From an uncultured virus (IMG/VR IMGVR_UViG_3300025809_000015) (lineage: Duplodnaviria; Heunggongvirae; Uroviricota; Caudoviricetes), in the IMG/VR virus record IMGVR_UViG_3300025809_000015: a DNA stretch of 64,000 bases. One strand, given 5' to 3'. Both the position numbers and the translations under genes were made by a program. A model generated the notes under the pieces. It saw only the letters and a program-made list of their open reading frames with translations. It was not told the DNA's origin and searched no databases. How positions within the stretch are numbered: the first letter of the stretch is position 1; every line of letters starts with the position of its first letter. This document shows, in pieces, positions 40,601 through 49,061 of this stretch.

Positions 40601-41822
40601 TAATACCAGCTTTTATAGTATTTGTATCATTTCTACTTATAGTGTTGGTAACCTCTAATAATCCAAAGAAATCAGCTTCTGCCGTAATACCTTTAATACG
40701 AGCATTAAGAGGAAGGTATTCATTTTCTAATTTTCTTTTTAAACCAAATAGTTTAATTAAGATTTCCTCAATAGTAAAATCTTGCAATTCTTCTGTTACT
40801 GGTAAATCCTCATCTGTAAATTTCCCAGGGACTATTTTATTAATTCTATAAATAAGACTAAATAAACTAGTCTTTCTAAAGTTTTTGTTTGGTAATGTTA
40901 TTTGCTTATCATCAAACTGAGCAGTAGGAGAAAATAAATCTATTGAATTGCTTTGTATGTATTTTCCAAATTGTGGAGAATTAGCATTTACGTTTCTCCA
41001 AAATTCTTTAAGCTTTAAATTATCATAACCAAAAAACTTAATAGCATTTATTAAACCTTTATAAGAACCGATAAAAGGATATATGTTATTTCCTTCCATC
41101 ATAATTTCTTTACGCTTAAGATTAATCTCTACATAATCTGGTAATGCTTCTTTTATATTAGTTTCTCTAAAAACAGTACTATCAGATGCAATAACATTAT
41201 AACCCATGTTTTGAGTCATAACTCTTAATCTCTCATCTTCTTCAATACTTTCAGCATACACCATAAATTCACCTACAATAGTGTTAGTACATTTATCAGT
41301 TATGATTAGTTTTCTCCTATAAGTATTTTCAAATTCAGATGAAAATGTTATATCAACCTGTAATGCTTCAGATTTAATTTGATCTGTTATAATAAAACCT
41401 GCAGCATTTGTAGTTTGATCAGGGTCGTATTGCAAAGGTGCAACTAATTTATCAACCTTTATTAATGGCGGGCCATCAGGTTCTTGTACTAATGCTGATT
41501 GTGTACCTGTATTAAAATCTTTGTTAAATTGAAATAAAAATATTTGATTAGGCTTTGTGGTTTTCCAACTTACTTCCCAATCACAAGTACTGCCTGTAGG
41601 ATCAGGCTGGTTGTAACCATGTGGATAACCAAATTTAAAAGTACCACTATCCTTGTCTATCATTTTTTGCAAAATGAATATTTGGTTTACTTCAAATAAA
41701 TCAATAGAAACTTGTGGCAAAAAAATGTCACCAGTCCACTTGTCAGTAGAACTGTCATATGCCATATTGTAATTCTTCCCATACTTATCGAAGAAATATA
41801 AATGTTGCCAATTTTTGGTCAC
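37692..41822 (-). CDS. Large baseplate wedge-like protein (gp7-like) with inserted zincin-like domain and PKD-like segments (1376 aa)
   Basis: IGSYKGLINAIKFFGY wedge-type motif; follows gp6-like gene; internal TEVLEHLLHTIT...REYLY; PGKYMITLELTDTNGN. Confidence 0.5.
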   Translation of the reverse strand: MTKNWQHLYFFDKYGKNYNMAYDSSTDKWTGDIFLPQVSIDLFEVNQIFILQKMIDKDSGTFKFGYPHGYNQPDPTGSTCDWEVSWKTTKPNQIFLFQFNKDFNTGTQSALVQEPDGPPLIKVDKLVAPLQYDPDQTTNAAGFIITDQIKSEALQVDITFSSEFENTYRRKLIITDKCTNTIVGEFMVYAESIEEDERLRVMTQNMGYNVIASDSTVFRETNIKEALPDYVEINLKRKEIMMEGNNIYPFIGSYKGLINAIKFFGYDNLKLKEFWRNVNANSPQFGKYIQSNSIDLFSPTAQFDDKQITLPNKNFRKTSLFSLIYRINKIVPGKFTDEDLPVTEELQDFTIEEILIKLFGLKRKLENEYLPLNARIKGITAEADFFGLLEVTNTISRNDTNTIKAGINTDFKVFPAACTYIEDLRTFDSFCLDEAAVVGQAIINYCNAYIAPLSAGAASVGQNMLMNYTPGQILPPPPIGPDPNSVLGALQNGGNVQLKDVAGVYAAYFARYAPNLNKVAGLDYKQGYSSEYLPDQPGAKAGALITLTNDSFNNLTWDNIDSTWEQLTNANDFFTFDFNVQGAAVGDVYKLSDPATGTSATHTVVAGDTIQTITTSIFNQVAAFKTAQVDPWLWFDWSQVTNEIGPCIRGYGNDVNRFVASATLANPASGGQFTDIQLPGETLFTWDGLESGNFAEIEWTIYKDASDVSPAYFFQIRGTIGQYGTLPLTLPYVGSYNVEMKLFDLYNNISSSVKHDAICVDAREVEYSGWYQGRKERYTWSSEGKYTWKNYGSLWNLPQSPTVTWDEETPSLYDSLDRVNAILNTFGIGTSTDFQLLNYQDDGKASFSGPYQWKNLNRPLCTWNNAYHLWWEMTATTGDTPAFFQFSEMKPNTYLQITELDNTVGTHFFDASTLTLGDAVSQLNVSTNPIINKYVYNLVLNSINSEMFVQAVSRYYGKHGDFKSVDIVDSNGLRVCASGTGNSTDYVGGPIAATTVYPPFAKALPINGMTLLSVGAISGAPAVKDAFVEKIARCAEMILNPDSAGIIYNKQAAVLAKMQSLKTIQRIGYIGMGSYTPALEDLAGWDQTNDNNANVDFIWQNDGLTPQAQITEVLEHLLHTITTFGLPGAYPNVFNQTSAYGPTYTAMAEAISNGVFDTSGYTQQPGQSLDEFNALLMREYLYLLIYAEWDFITTYVSGGTLAPEWTADTPILVESNNPLGHALYTNYISKLLVKPNTTTLNSIFALPSNPSGYVPFERLPSGGNVDCLSRIYKSSQSITSNPTWGTAKFINDGKVLPPMSWAMFVYDKCRIVGKDAPRWTISNTTNSSVADIYFESKYLTYLFKDPGKYMITLELTDTNGNKYKKGRNILNIKQTK

Positions 41823-41828
41823 TATCTT

Positions 41829-42098
41829 TTAATTTATTTTTTGATACCACTTAGGAACTGCAAAATTAAAATAAATTCTCAAGTATTTAACCCTGTTAAT
41901 ATAAAAGACCATAATAGGATTTAAGTAATCGGTTAAGAACTTACTAAGATGCCTATTTCTAAACATATAAGAAGACATAGAATTTTTTAATAAATCAGGA
42001 GCATAATTATATCCTGTGTTTTTTAAATCCCATCCATTTTCATATGTAGCTCTATATAAGCTAGGGAATCCTGTACTATCGTTTTTAACTGTTGCCAT
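41829..42098 (-). CDS. Hypothetical protein (89 aa) in baseplate operon
   Basis: Clean ORF tightly packed between wedge genes. Confidence 0.6.
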   Translation of the reverse strand: MATVKNDSTGFPSLYRATYENGWDLKNTGYNYAPDLLKNSMSSYMFRNRHLSKFLTDYLNPIMVFYINRVKYLRIYFNFAVPKWYQKIN

Positions 42099-42099
42099 A

Positions 42100-43956
42100 T
42101 TATTCTCCTTTTAATGCTTTTAGTGTTGGTGTATTTTGCAACCTACCTGTATTTAATCCTGCTGCATTTGTACCAGTTGCTATTGTTGTACCTCTATTTC
42201 TTTTAGTGCTATTATATTTTTCTTGCTGTATTTTATTATAAAGATTATTTGCAATTGCTTCTTTATAGAATACATTAAGAGAACTAATTTTATTAGCTTC
42301 TGGTGTAGGCTCATAAAAAGTACCATTTCTATCTTTCCATCCACCTCTAATAATAGCTATGTCATTATTTTCAATAATGATATCTCCAAAACTATCTAAA
42401 CCTAATTGTGGATCTTCACCTTTCTTTAATACAATTTTTTTATTTTCTATTAAAACTCTTTGATCAGTTACAGGATCTGTCCCATAAACTGGAATAAAGT
42501 AAAAACCATCTCTTATTGCTTTTTCATTCAACTCAGATATAAAGAATACATTTACAGAATCAATACCTTCTACATTTTCAATTATAGAAATAATATCAGA
42601 TCTTGGAATCCTATCTCTTCTATTTACATTTAAGAAATATTCATCTAAATTTTTTCTAATTTCAATTCTTATAGAATCTTTATCATAATTATCAAACCAT
42701 CTTACTACAATATTAAGAGCATATTTTTTAACAACCGGATCTACTATTCTAGTCTCAGCAGTAACAACTTGTCTTCCGCTCTTATTTAAAATTTCATAAG
42801 TCATTTCTTTTTCCTGTGTAGTCATAGTAAACTCTACTTCAGGTACACTAAAATAATCTAAATCACTTGTTAACTTTTTCTTTACATCTGGAATTAAGAA
42901 TAGGTAAATAATATTGTCATCATCTAAGTATTCATCATTCTTAGTATTATAAGCATCTATAAAAGACCAAAAATCATACTTACTTAAATAGTAAATATAA
43001 TTATTAGGATTTGCTAATACAAATGAATTACTTGCATAAGGTGCAATCAACCTAGTAAATTGTGGATCTTCAGAATCAGATCCAAACATTGGATTTCTTG
43101 TAATGTTTATAGAAAGAATTTCATTTAAATCAGCCTGTTCTCCAGATGAATCTGTTCCTGGGTCTATAAATTTAATATCTAATTGTTTACCTCCAATATT
43201 TCCAGCCACACCCCTAGTCTTAACATATGTAACTCTAATTCTAGAACCTAATGCAGGTGGTTCTCCAAATTGATTATTTCCAAAAAATACACTTAATCCA
43301 CCATTAACACTAGTTTTAACCATCGCGCATTTCTCTCCGTTATTCATGTCATATATTGAATCAACTAATTTCCATAATTTTCCGTCAACAAAAACCTCAA
43401 CTAAATATTGATCAGTAGGGTCCTTAGTAGTTAAGTTATAACTTTGTAATGGATTACCTGTACCAGTAAAGGCTTGATCTTCTTTTTCACCTTGAACAAT
43501 TTCAACATTAACAAATGATTTGGTAGTTTTATCTAGTCTAATAAAATCACTATTAAACTTTAAAAAGTAAGTTAAACCATTTTGCCCTACTTGAAAACTT
43601 GCACCATTCATAATTTGTACATAGTCACCATTAAGGAGGGTAGATGCACTTGTGTTTAAACGTAATCCAATAATACCTCTTGCAGATATACCTCTTGTAG
43701 GGTCATGACCGGTTAATCTAGATAAACCGTAGATAGATTCAATGTTTCGTGCGCGAGATATATTCAGCTCTGTGGCAATTGCTTCTATATAGAAAAATAT
43801 CAACTCCCCTAAGTTAGACACAACAGTTAATATCTGGCCAAATGGTGAAGCCGGGGTAAATGTTTCTATGGCTTGATCGTAGGTACGCTGTAGGTATTCA
43901 AATGAATCTTCAAATAACTCAGTGGCTTTTAATCTTGTTTTACTAAAAAATGACAT
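42100..43956 (-). CDS. Baseplate wedge protein (T4 gp6/baseplate J-like)
   Basis: SRARNIESIYGLSRLTGH, IVQGE, VFFGNNQFGEPP, IRVTYVKTRGVAGN, IENVEGIDSV. Confidence 0.8.
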   Translation of the reverse strand: MSFFSKTRLKATELFEDSFEYLQRTYDQAIETFTPASPFGQILTVVSNLGELIFFYIEAIATELNISRARNIESIYGLSRLTGHDPTRGISARGIIGLRLNTSASTLLNGDYVQIMNGASFQVGQNGLTYFLKFNSDFIRLDKTTKSFVNVEIVQGEKEDQAFTGTGNPLQSYNLTTKDPTDQYLVEVFVDGKLWKLVDSIYDMNNGEKCAMVKTSVNGGLSVFFGNNQFGEPPALGSRIRVTYVKTRGVAGNIGGKQLDIKFIDPGTDSSGEQADLNEILSINITRNPMFGSDSEDPQFTRLIAPYASNSFVLANPNNYIYYLSKYDFWSFIDAYNTKNDEYLDDDNIIYLFLIPDVKKKLTSDLDYFSVPEVEFTMTTQEKEMTYEILNKSGRQVVTAETRIVDPVVKKYALNIVVRWFDNYDKDSIRIEIRKNLDEYFLNVNRRDRIPRSDIISIIENVEGIDSVNVFFISELNEKAIRDGFYFIPVYGTDPVTDQRVLIENKKIVLKKGEDPQLGLDSFGDIIIENNDIAIIRGGWKDRNGTFYEPTPEANKISSLNVFYKEAIANNLYNKIQQEKYNSTKRNRGTTIATGTNAAGLNTGRLQNTPTLKALKGE

Positions 43957-43969
43957 TCATTCTATTATT

Positions 43970-44332
43970 TTAAAAAAGAGCTCCTAAAACTCTTTCTTCA
44001 TTTACAAAAATATCTACTAAACAACCATCTCTCTCCAATGTTGAAAAGAAACTTACTTTAGTATCTACACTAAAGCCAGCAATATCTGGTAAACAGTATG
44101 CAGTTATCTGGCTATTAATATTGTTCTCTATAGTATTCTCACTTAATACCAATGAAAATATTAATTCATCTAGATTAGCTCCCATACCAGGTGAACCTAA
44201 AACATCACCCTTTGTTGTAAATAGGCAGTTTTCTATCTTAATAATTAATTGAGATAAAGTATCACTAACCTCTAAAGTATTATCATTAAACTTTGGGGCT
44301 AATGCATCTCTGCTATAAATATCTCTAATCAT
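43970..44332 (-). CDS. Baseplate wedge subunit (gp25/GPW-like)
   Basis: LFTTKGDVLGSPGMGANLDELIF matches the gp25 LxTxxGExxxxPxFGxxL pattern; upstream of gp6. Confidence 0.75.
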   Translation of the reverse strand: MIRDIYSRDALAPKFNDNTLEVSDTLSQLIIKIENCLFTTKGDVLGSPGMGANLDELIFSLVLSENTIENNINSQITAYCLPDIAGFSVDTKVSFFSTLERDGCLVDIFVNEERVLGALF

Positions 44333-44392
44333 AAAAGAATACTAATTTTTTATTATATATTCTCTTTTAATTTAATAGCTTTCAGATTATAA

Positions 44393-45256
44393 TTATCCTG
44401 TGAAAAAATAATCAACACCTTCATCGCCTTTTATTTCTTCAACTACTCGATCTACTTCTTCTCTTCCTTCAGATGAAATCATATCATAATTAATTGTAAT
44501 GTTACCTGGAAGATTAAATGAGAAGGTTCCTAAGATTCTAGATAATTGAATTTTAGCTTGCCCTATAACATATCTTTGGAATGCCTCATCTTCAAATAAA
44601 GCACAATCAGAAATGGTAGAAAATATTTCAAATATAACAGCACCTTTAGGAAGTTCTCCTTGAAATCTAAATTTCTTTGTTAATCTATTAAACGTATATG
44701 ATATTTGTGGTAAAAGAACCTGTCTTGCATTATCCATGAATAATGAATTAACAACATAGTACATTAAATTCTCACTACCAATACCTGCGCCATAAACATC
44801 ATCATAAATAAATTTATCAATAGAGAAATCTACATCGTCTGCATTAAAGCTCATACTACCGAATCCACCATCTTCTCCACTGAATCCACCAATTTCAAAT
44901 ACATCATTAACTGAATAAACTCTTGAAGGCATTTTAACTATACCTCTAGGATTATCAATATTAGCTTTATTAGTTATAACTTGTTTATCTTGCCCAGTTC
45001 CATAAGGTACACCTTGTTTAAATGCTGGTACTTGTAGAGCCCCTGCCGGTAAAGCAATATACATTTGCTCTACACTATCTTCATAAATTTTATAAAAATA
45101 TTTTTTTGCTCTTTGTATAATATTATTTAATTCCTTCTTAGGAACTGTGAATGGGATTTGACAAGCGATAGTAAGATCATCATTAATTAATTTAATTAAT
45201 TCATCTAAACACGCTGCATCCTCCGGATCATTACAATAAGTATTCTTATTAGCCAT
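44393..45256 (-). CDS. Neck protein (T4 gp13-like)
   Basis: LNNIIQRAKKYF, YTFNRLTKKF, AKIQLSRILGTFSFNLPGNITINYD...EGREE. Confidence 0.75.
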   Translation of the reverse strand: MANKNTYCNDPEDAACLDELIKLINDDLTIACQIPFTVPKKELNNIIQRAKKYFYKIYEDSVEQMYIALPAGALQVPAFKQGVPYGTGQDKQVITNKANIDNPRGIVKMPSRVYSVNDVFEIGGFSGEDGGFGSMSFNADDVDFSIDKFIYDDVYGAGIGSENLMYYVVNSLFMDNARQVLLPQISYTFNRLTKKFRFQGELPKGAVIFEIFSTISDCALFEDEAFQRYVIGQAKIQLSRILGTFSFNLPGNITINYDMISSEGREEVDRVVEEIKGDEGVDYFFTG

Positions 45257-45263
45257 ACTTTGT

Positions 45264-46556
45264 TTATATTTTTTCTATTTCAATTATTTCAGTATTTTCA
45301 AACTTAGCCATTTTAGTTGCTCTACCTTTTCTAAAAATACCACCTTCCATTTCTCCACTGAATACACCTCTCACTCCAAATACATATGAATCTTTACACA
45401 TTACATTTTTACTAACATAAGAATCTTCTATTTTAGAATCAGCAACATCACTAGCCCCAAAAAGATTACTTTCAAATAATGAAGAATTTATTATTTCAGA
45501 ACTAAATATATCACAATTTAAAATATTACCTTGAACTTTGCAATCTACAATATCGATTCCTTTTATTTCAAAGCATCTCATTAATTCAGCATTCTTTAAT
45601 TGTATTCTTCCAGTATCAGCATCATAATTAACCAAACCTTCGTTAAGCCCTGCTTTAGTTAAAAGATTAAATAACTCTTCTCTCATCTTAGGATAAAATG
45701 TTTCTACTATTTGGTCATAAGTTTTGAGATCAACCATTAATTGAATTTTAGGAAATTTCTTTTTAAATGTTTGATAATCTTTATAAGATTCTACAATTCC
45801 ACTATGCTTTTCTAAAATGCGATCTAATTTTTCAATGTCTTGTTGATTATAAATAGGATCAGTTAAAGTTTCATATAATGATAAAACAAAATGTTCTGTT
45901 AAATCCATTATGGTATTATACTTCTTTTCATAATCCTTTCCACCAAGATATCTAAATTCAATATAATTCTTAGGTAACTTAGAAAAGTTTACACCGTAAT
46001 ACTTTTCGGATACAAACATGTAGTTCTTCCATGAAATTCTTTCAGGTGAAGGTTGAGTCATTCCACTTAAAGGAACAATAAATTTTATTGACTTAGCATA
46101 AACAGAATCTTTTCTGTTAGGAAATGCTTCATAAATTTTATCCTCATTAAAATTTAATACAAATTTTCCAATATCTAATGATGATACATTTGTAGGTGTT
46201 CCTAATTTTTTTCCATCAAAGGCTACATTAACATGAATAGAGCATCGTTCATTAGTAGACCCATTTTCACGGATCCATTTTAAAGTTTTTGCAATAATAA
46301 GTTTTGATTCAACAAACGGCATTGGTCCAGTGACCAATTCAATCATTCCAGTTCCACCAGAATTATCGGGCTCTAATTTAAAAATCTCATCAGAAGGAGT
46401 AAAATCACTATGGGCCTTTTCCTCTATTCTTATTTGTTTATTTAAAACATTAGAAAGGCTTCTTTTAACCTCATCTAATCCTTCATTAGCAAAGAATTCA
46501 AATTCTAATCCAATCTTGGATGCATATATAGCATTTAGTTGTTCGTTAGTGTACAT
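45264..46556 (-). CDS. Putative amidoligase (COOH-NH2 ligase type 2) with C-terminal beta-helix-like repeats
   Basis: IGLEFEF, LEPDNSG, IELVTGP, CSIHVNV, KYYGVNF, IEFRYLGG. Confidence 0.8.
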   Translation of the reverse strand: MYTNEQLNAIYASKIGLEFEFFANEGLDEVKRSLSNVLNKQIRIEEKAHSDFTPSDEIFKLEPDNSGGTGMIELVTGPMPFVESKLIIAKTLKWIRENGSTNERCSIHVNVAFDGKKLGTPTNVSSLDIGKFVLNFNEDKIYEAFPNRKDSVYAKSIKFIVPLSGMTQPSPERISWKNYMFVSEKYYGVNFSKLPKNYIEFRYLGGKDYEKKYNTIMDLTEHFVLSLYETLTDPIYNQQDIEKLDRILEKHSGIVESYKDYQTFKKKFPKIQLMVDLKTYDQIVETFYPKMREELFNLLTKAGLNEGLVNYDADTGRIQLKNAELMRCFEIKGIDIVDCKVQGNILNCDIFSSEIINSSLFESNLFGASDVADSKIEDSYVSKNVMCKDSYVFGVRGVFSGEMEGGIFRKGRATKMAKFENTEIIEIEKI

Positions 46557-46560
46557 GTAG

Positions 46561-46592
46561 TTCCTGATTTGTTTATATATTCAAACCAGGAA
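46561..46592 (-). promoter_or_regulatory. 11-bp hairpin over the amidoligase initiation region with an AATATATAAA promoter-like motif as its loop
   Basis: Minus strand UUCCUGGUUUG-AAUAUAUAAA-CAAAUCAGGAA, ending 4 nt before ATG. Confidence 0.6.
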
Positions 46593-46596
46593 TAGG

Positions 46597-47739
46597 TTAT
46601 GCTATGTTCATTGTAATCTTACGATCGCTAACATTCACACTACCAATTTTTACATTTATAGTATCACCTTTGGATAAATCAGCACCTTTTAATTTTGATT
46701 TATGAATTAATCCACTGATTCCTTTTTCCAATTCAACAAATGCACCGTATGAAGTTATTTTAGTTACCTTACCTTCAGTGATCATCATAGGTTTATATTT
46801 CTCATCAACACCATCCCATAAATCAATCTTAGGTCCTAATTGGCTAAGTATAATTTTTCTATCTGATATAACTTCTTTAGCCCAGAATTTTATTTCATCA
46901 CCAGGTTTAATATTTCTATCATCTAAAGCTTTTTGGAATTCCTCACTCAATTCAGCCTTAGGAATTAATCCTGTTAGGCATTCATCAAATTCTGCAAATA
47001 CACCAAACTTAGTAGTACCTGTTACAAAACCAGTTCTAGGTTCTTTTATAGTTTCATTTAATTTTTCAATTGTGCTTGGAATCATTGTTCTTAAATATTC
47101 TCTATGAGATACTACAATAGTATCCTTATCTTTAGAAAATGTAATTGGCATAACAACAATTTCTTTACCAACAATAGCATTAAAATCATGTAATTTATTT
47201 AGCCCTCCTAAAGAACCTGGCATAAAACATTTAATGCCTGCAACATCTACCCAATAACCTCCATGAATTAATTCTTTAACTCTAGCAGTAAAGCCAACAG
47301 TAGCATTTCCAATTGCCTCTTTAATTTCTTTTAGTTTAACTTCTTTTATTGCGTCAGATATAGAAGCAATAACATCTCCAGTTTTTGGATTAGTTTTTAT
47401 CTTAACATCAATCTCCATACCAACCTCTAGTTGTTCTACAATATAGTCAGGTTCTTTATCTAAAATACAGTAAGCAGTATATTTAGATTCAATATCAATA
47501 AGAGCTCTTTCTCCATCTTTAGACATAAATGAAATTTCGCCTCTTGTTATATAGCCTACACCATCTTCTATGAGTTGAGTTTTCTTTGCCTGGTGATCTG
47601 TAATTCCATATAAAGATAACGCATCAGCAGCATATGCTTCATTACACATTAATTTTGTACCTTCAGGAACTTGGACTTTTACTTTTTTTGTATCAAATGG
47701 ATCATCACTTAATTGAATTGTGATTTCTTGTTCTGTCAT
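46597..47739 (-). CDS. rpsA: Ribosomal protein S1 homologue with four S1 domains
   Basis: GGYWVDVAGIKCFMPGS...IVVSHR, GFVTGTTKFGVFAEF...GLIP, GKVTKITSYGAFVELEKGISGLIH. Confidence 0.85.
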   Translation of the reverse strand: MTEQEITIQLSDDPFDTKKVKVQVPEGTKLMCNEAYAADALSLYGITDHQAKKTQLIEDGVGYITRGEISFMSKDGERALIDIESKYTAYCILDKEPDYIVEQLEVGMEIDVKIKTNPKTGDVIASISDAIKEVKLKEIKEAIGNATVGFTARVKELIHGGYWVDVAGIKCFMPGSLGGLNKLHDFNAIVGKEIVVMPITFSKDKDTIVVSHREYLRTMIPSTIEKLNETIKEPRTGFVTGTTKFGVFAEFDECLTGLIPKAELSEEFQKALDDRNIKPGDEIKFWAKEVISDRKIILSQLGPKIDLWDGVDEKYKPMMITEGKVTKITSYGAFVELEKGISGLIHKSKLKGADLSKGDTINVKIGSVNVSDRKITMNIA

Positions 47740-47798
47740 TATTTATTTTTTATGAGGTTATTATAGATTATATATTACTCTTTATGTATCTGATATTA

Positions 47799-47829
47799 GT
47801 TATACATATAGGTTAGCAAATTGTTTAAG
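47799..47829 (-). promoter_or_regulatory. Putative bipartite promoter CTTAAAC-N18-TATAAC upstream of S1 homologue
   Basis: cttaaac-aatttgctaacctatatg-tataac; a second AATATATAA motif at 47768-47776. Confidence 0.45.
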
Positions 47830-47834
47830 ATTGT

Positions 47835-48113
47835 TTAAGCTATAACCCCCGGCCCAGTAGTTGCGCCAGTTTGAGCAGCAGGAGAACCTGCAGTTGCAAC
47901 GGTGATTCCAGGTAGTACTGTTGCAGATTTTATATATGCAGTTATAGCTGGTCCAGCTACACCAGCAAATGCGGCAGCGCCTGCAGCAATTATAGCATCT
48001 TTACTATTATCTTGAGTTCCTTCTGCACCAGTTGAATATGCAGCCATAGCTTTCATTCCTGCTACAAAAGCAGCATCCATTGCAGAGTTAATTACAGGTG
48101 GTATTAAAGGCAT
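47835..48113 (-). CDS. Small Ala/Gly-rich spike-associated protein (92 aa)
   Basis: Directly downstream of spike gene; AYIKSATV...TAGSPAAQTGATTG pattern. Confidence 0.55.
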   Translation of the reverse strand: MPLIPPVINSAMDAAFVAGMKAMAAYSTGAEGTQDNSKDAIIAAGAAAFAGVAGPAITAYIKSATVLPGITVATAGSPAAQTGATTGPGVIA

Positions 48114-48143
48114 AATTTATTGTTTTAATTTATAGTTTATATA

Positions 48144-49061
48144 TTAGTCAGTTGTATTCTTTGTACTTAATGCAGGATTTCCTTTAACCAACGGTGGGCT
48201 CACAGGAGCTCCTAAATTTCCAATATGAGTATGATTATTATAAAGATCTCTAATAAACTGAGTACCTTTAAGTACAGCATCAGTACCAGTCTCTCCTAAA
48301 ATAATCTTAGGAGAATTGACGTGAGTTTTACCAGTAGCAGTTATAACAGCATCAACACAATTAATAAGACAATTAGTATCGGCATTAATTACAGTATCAG
48401 CTCCACTATTAATTGTAAATTGAGCAGAGTGAGTAAATGTTATATTTCCATCATTAAGCATTACTATAGAATCTCCGTTTGCATTTATTATTTCAACAGA
48501 GTTATCTGGCTTTACATTTACTGTAGTTGGACCTTCAGTAGTTGTATAATCCATCATTAGCCCTTTTTCTTCTGTAAAGAAAACTTTAATATGCTCACCT
48601 TCTCTTTCATTAGTTGCTTCAGATACACCATCCTCTAATGTACCGGTTAAACCAAATGCAGTATCATAAATTAATACGTGAGAATTTTGATATGAAGGTT
48701 CTACTTCAGCTTTAGTTTCATCTGAAGGATAAATATTTTCATGATAAACCGGTTGATAAAAATTTCCATTATCAAATGTTATTCTAACAATAGATCCTAA
48801 TTTAGGAATTTCAAATTTACCACTACCAGTATTACTTCCACCATACATTAACTGATGCGGTCTAGACCAAGGTAAAGAAACGGTAGGAATCTTATATGCG
48901 CTCTCAGGATCTTCAGGATCTACGCGATCATCCATTTTTCCATATACTCTTATCTTACATCTCCCTTCAAAGATATCATCATTGCTATCCTCAACGATAC
49001 CTACCCACTGTGTAGTTCTTAAATCGTCCGCATTAAAATTTGTTGGATTTGGTTTTCCCAT
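48144..49061 (-). CDS. Baseplate central spike (gp5/gpV-like, OB fold plus beta-helix, no lysozyme domain)
   Basis: WVGIVED...GRCKIRVYG...LPWSRP...IPKLGSIVRITFDNGN; C-terminal NNHTH (HxH). Confidence 0.85.
   Translation of the reverse strand: MGKPNPTNFNADDLRTTQWVGIVEDSNDDIFEGRCKIRVYGKMDDRVDPEDPESAYKIPTVSLPWSRPHQLMYGGSNTGSGKFEIPKLGSIVRITFDNGNFYQPVYHENIYPSDETKAEVEPSYQNSHVLIYDTAFGLTGTLEDGVSEATNEREGEHIKVFFTEEKGLMMDYTTTEGPTTVNVKPDNSVEIINANGDSIVMLNDGNITFTHSAQFTINSGADTVINADTNCLINCVDAVITATGKTHVNSPKIILGETGTDAVLKGTQFIRDLYNNHTHIGNLGAPVSPPLVKGNPALSTKNTTD

Noticed and set aside
46561..46592. Hairpin as an intrinsic terminator of the S1 gene
   Set aside because: No U-tract follows on the minus strand; it abuts the next start codon
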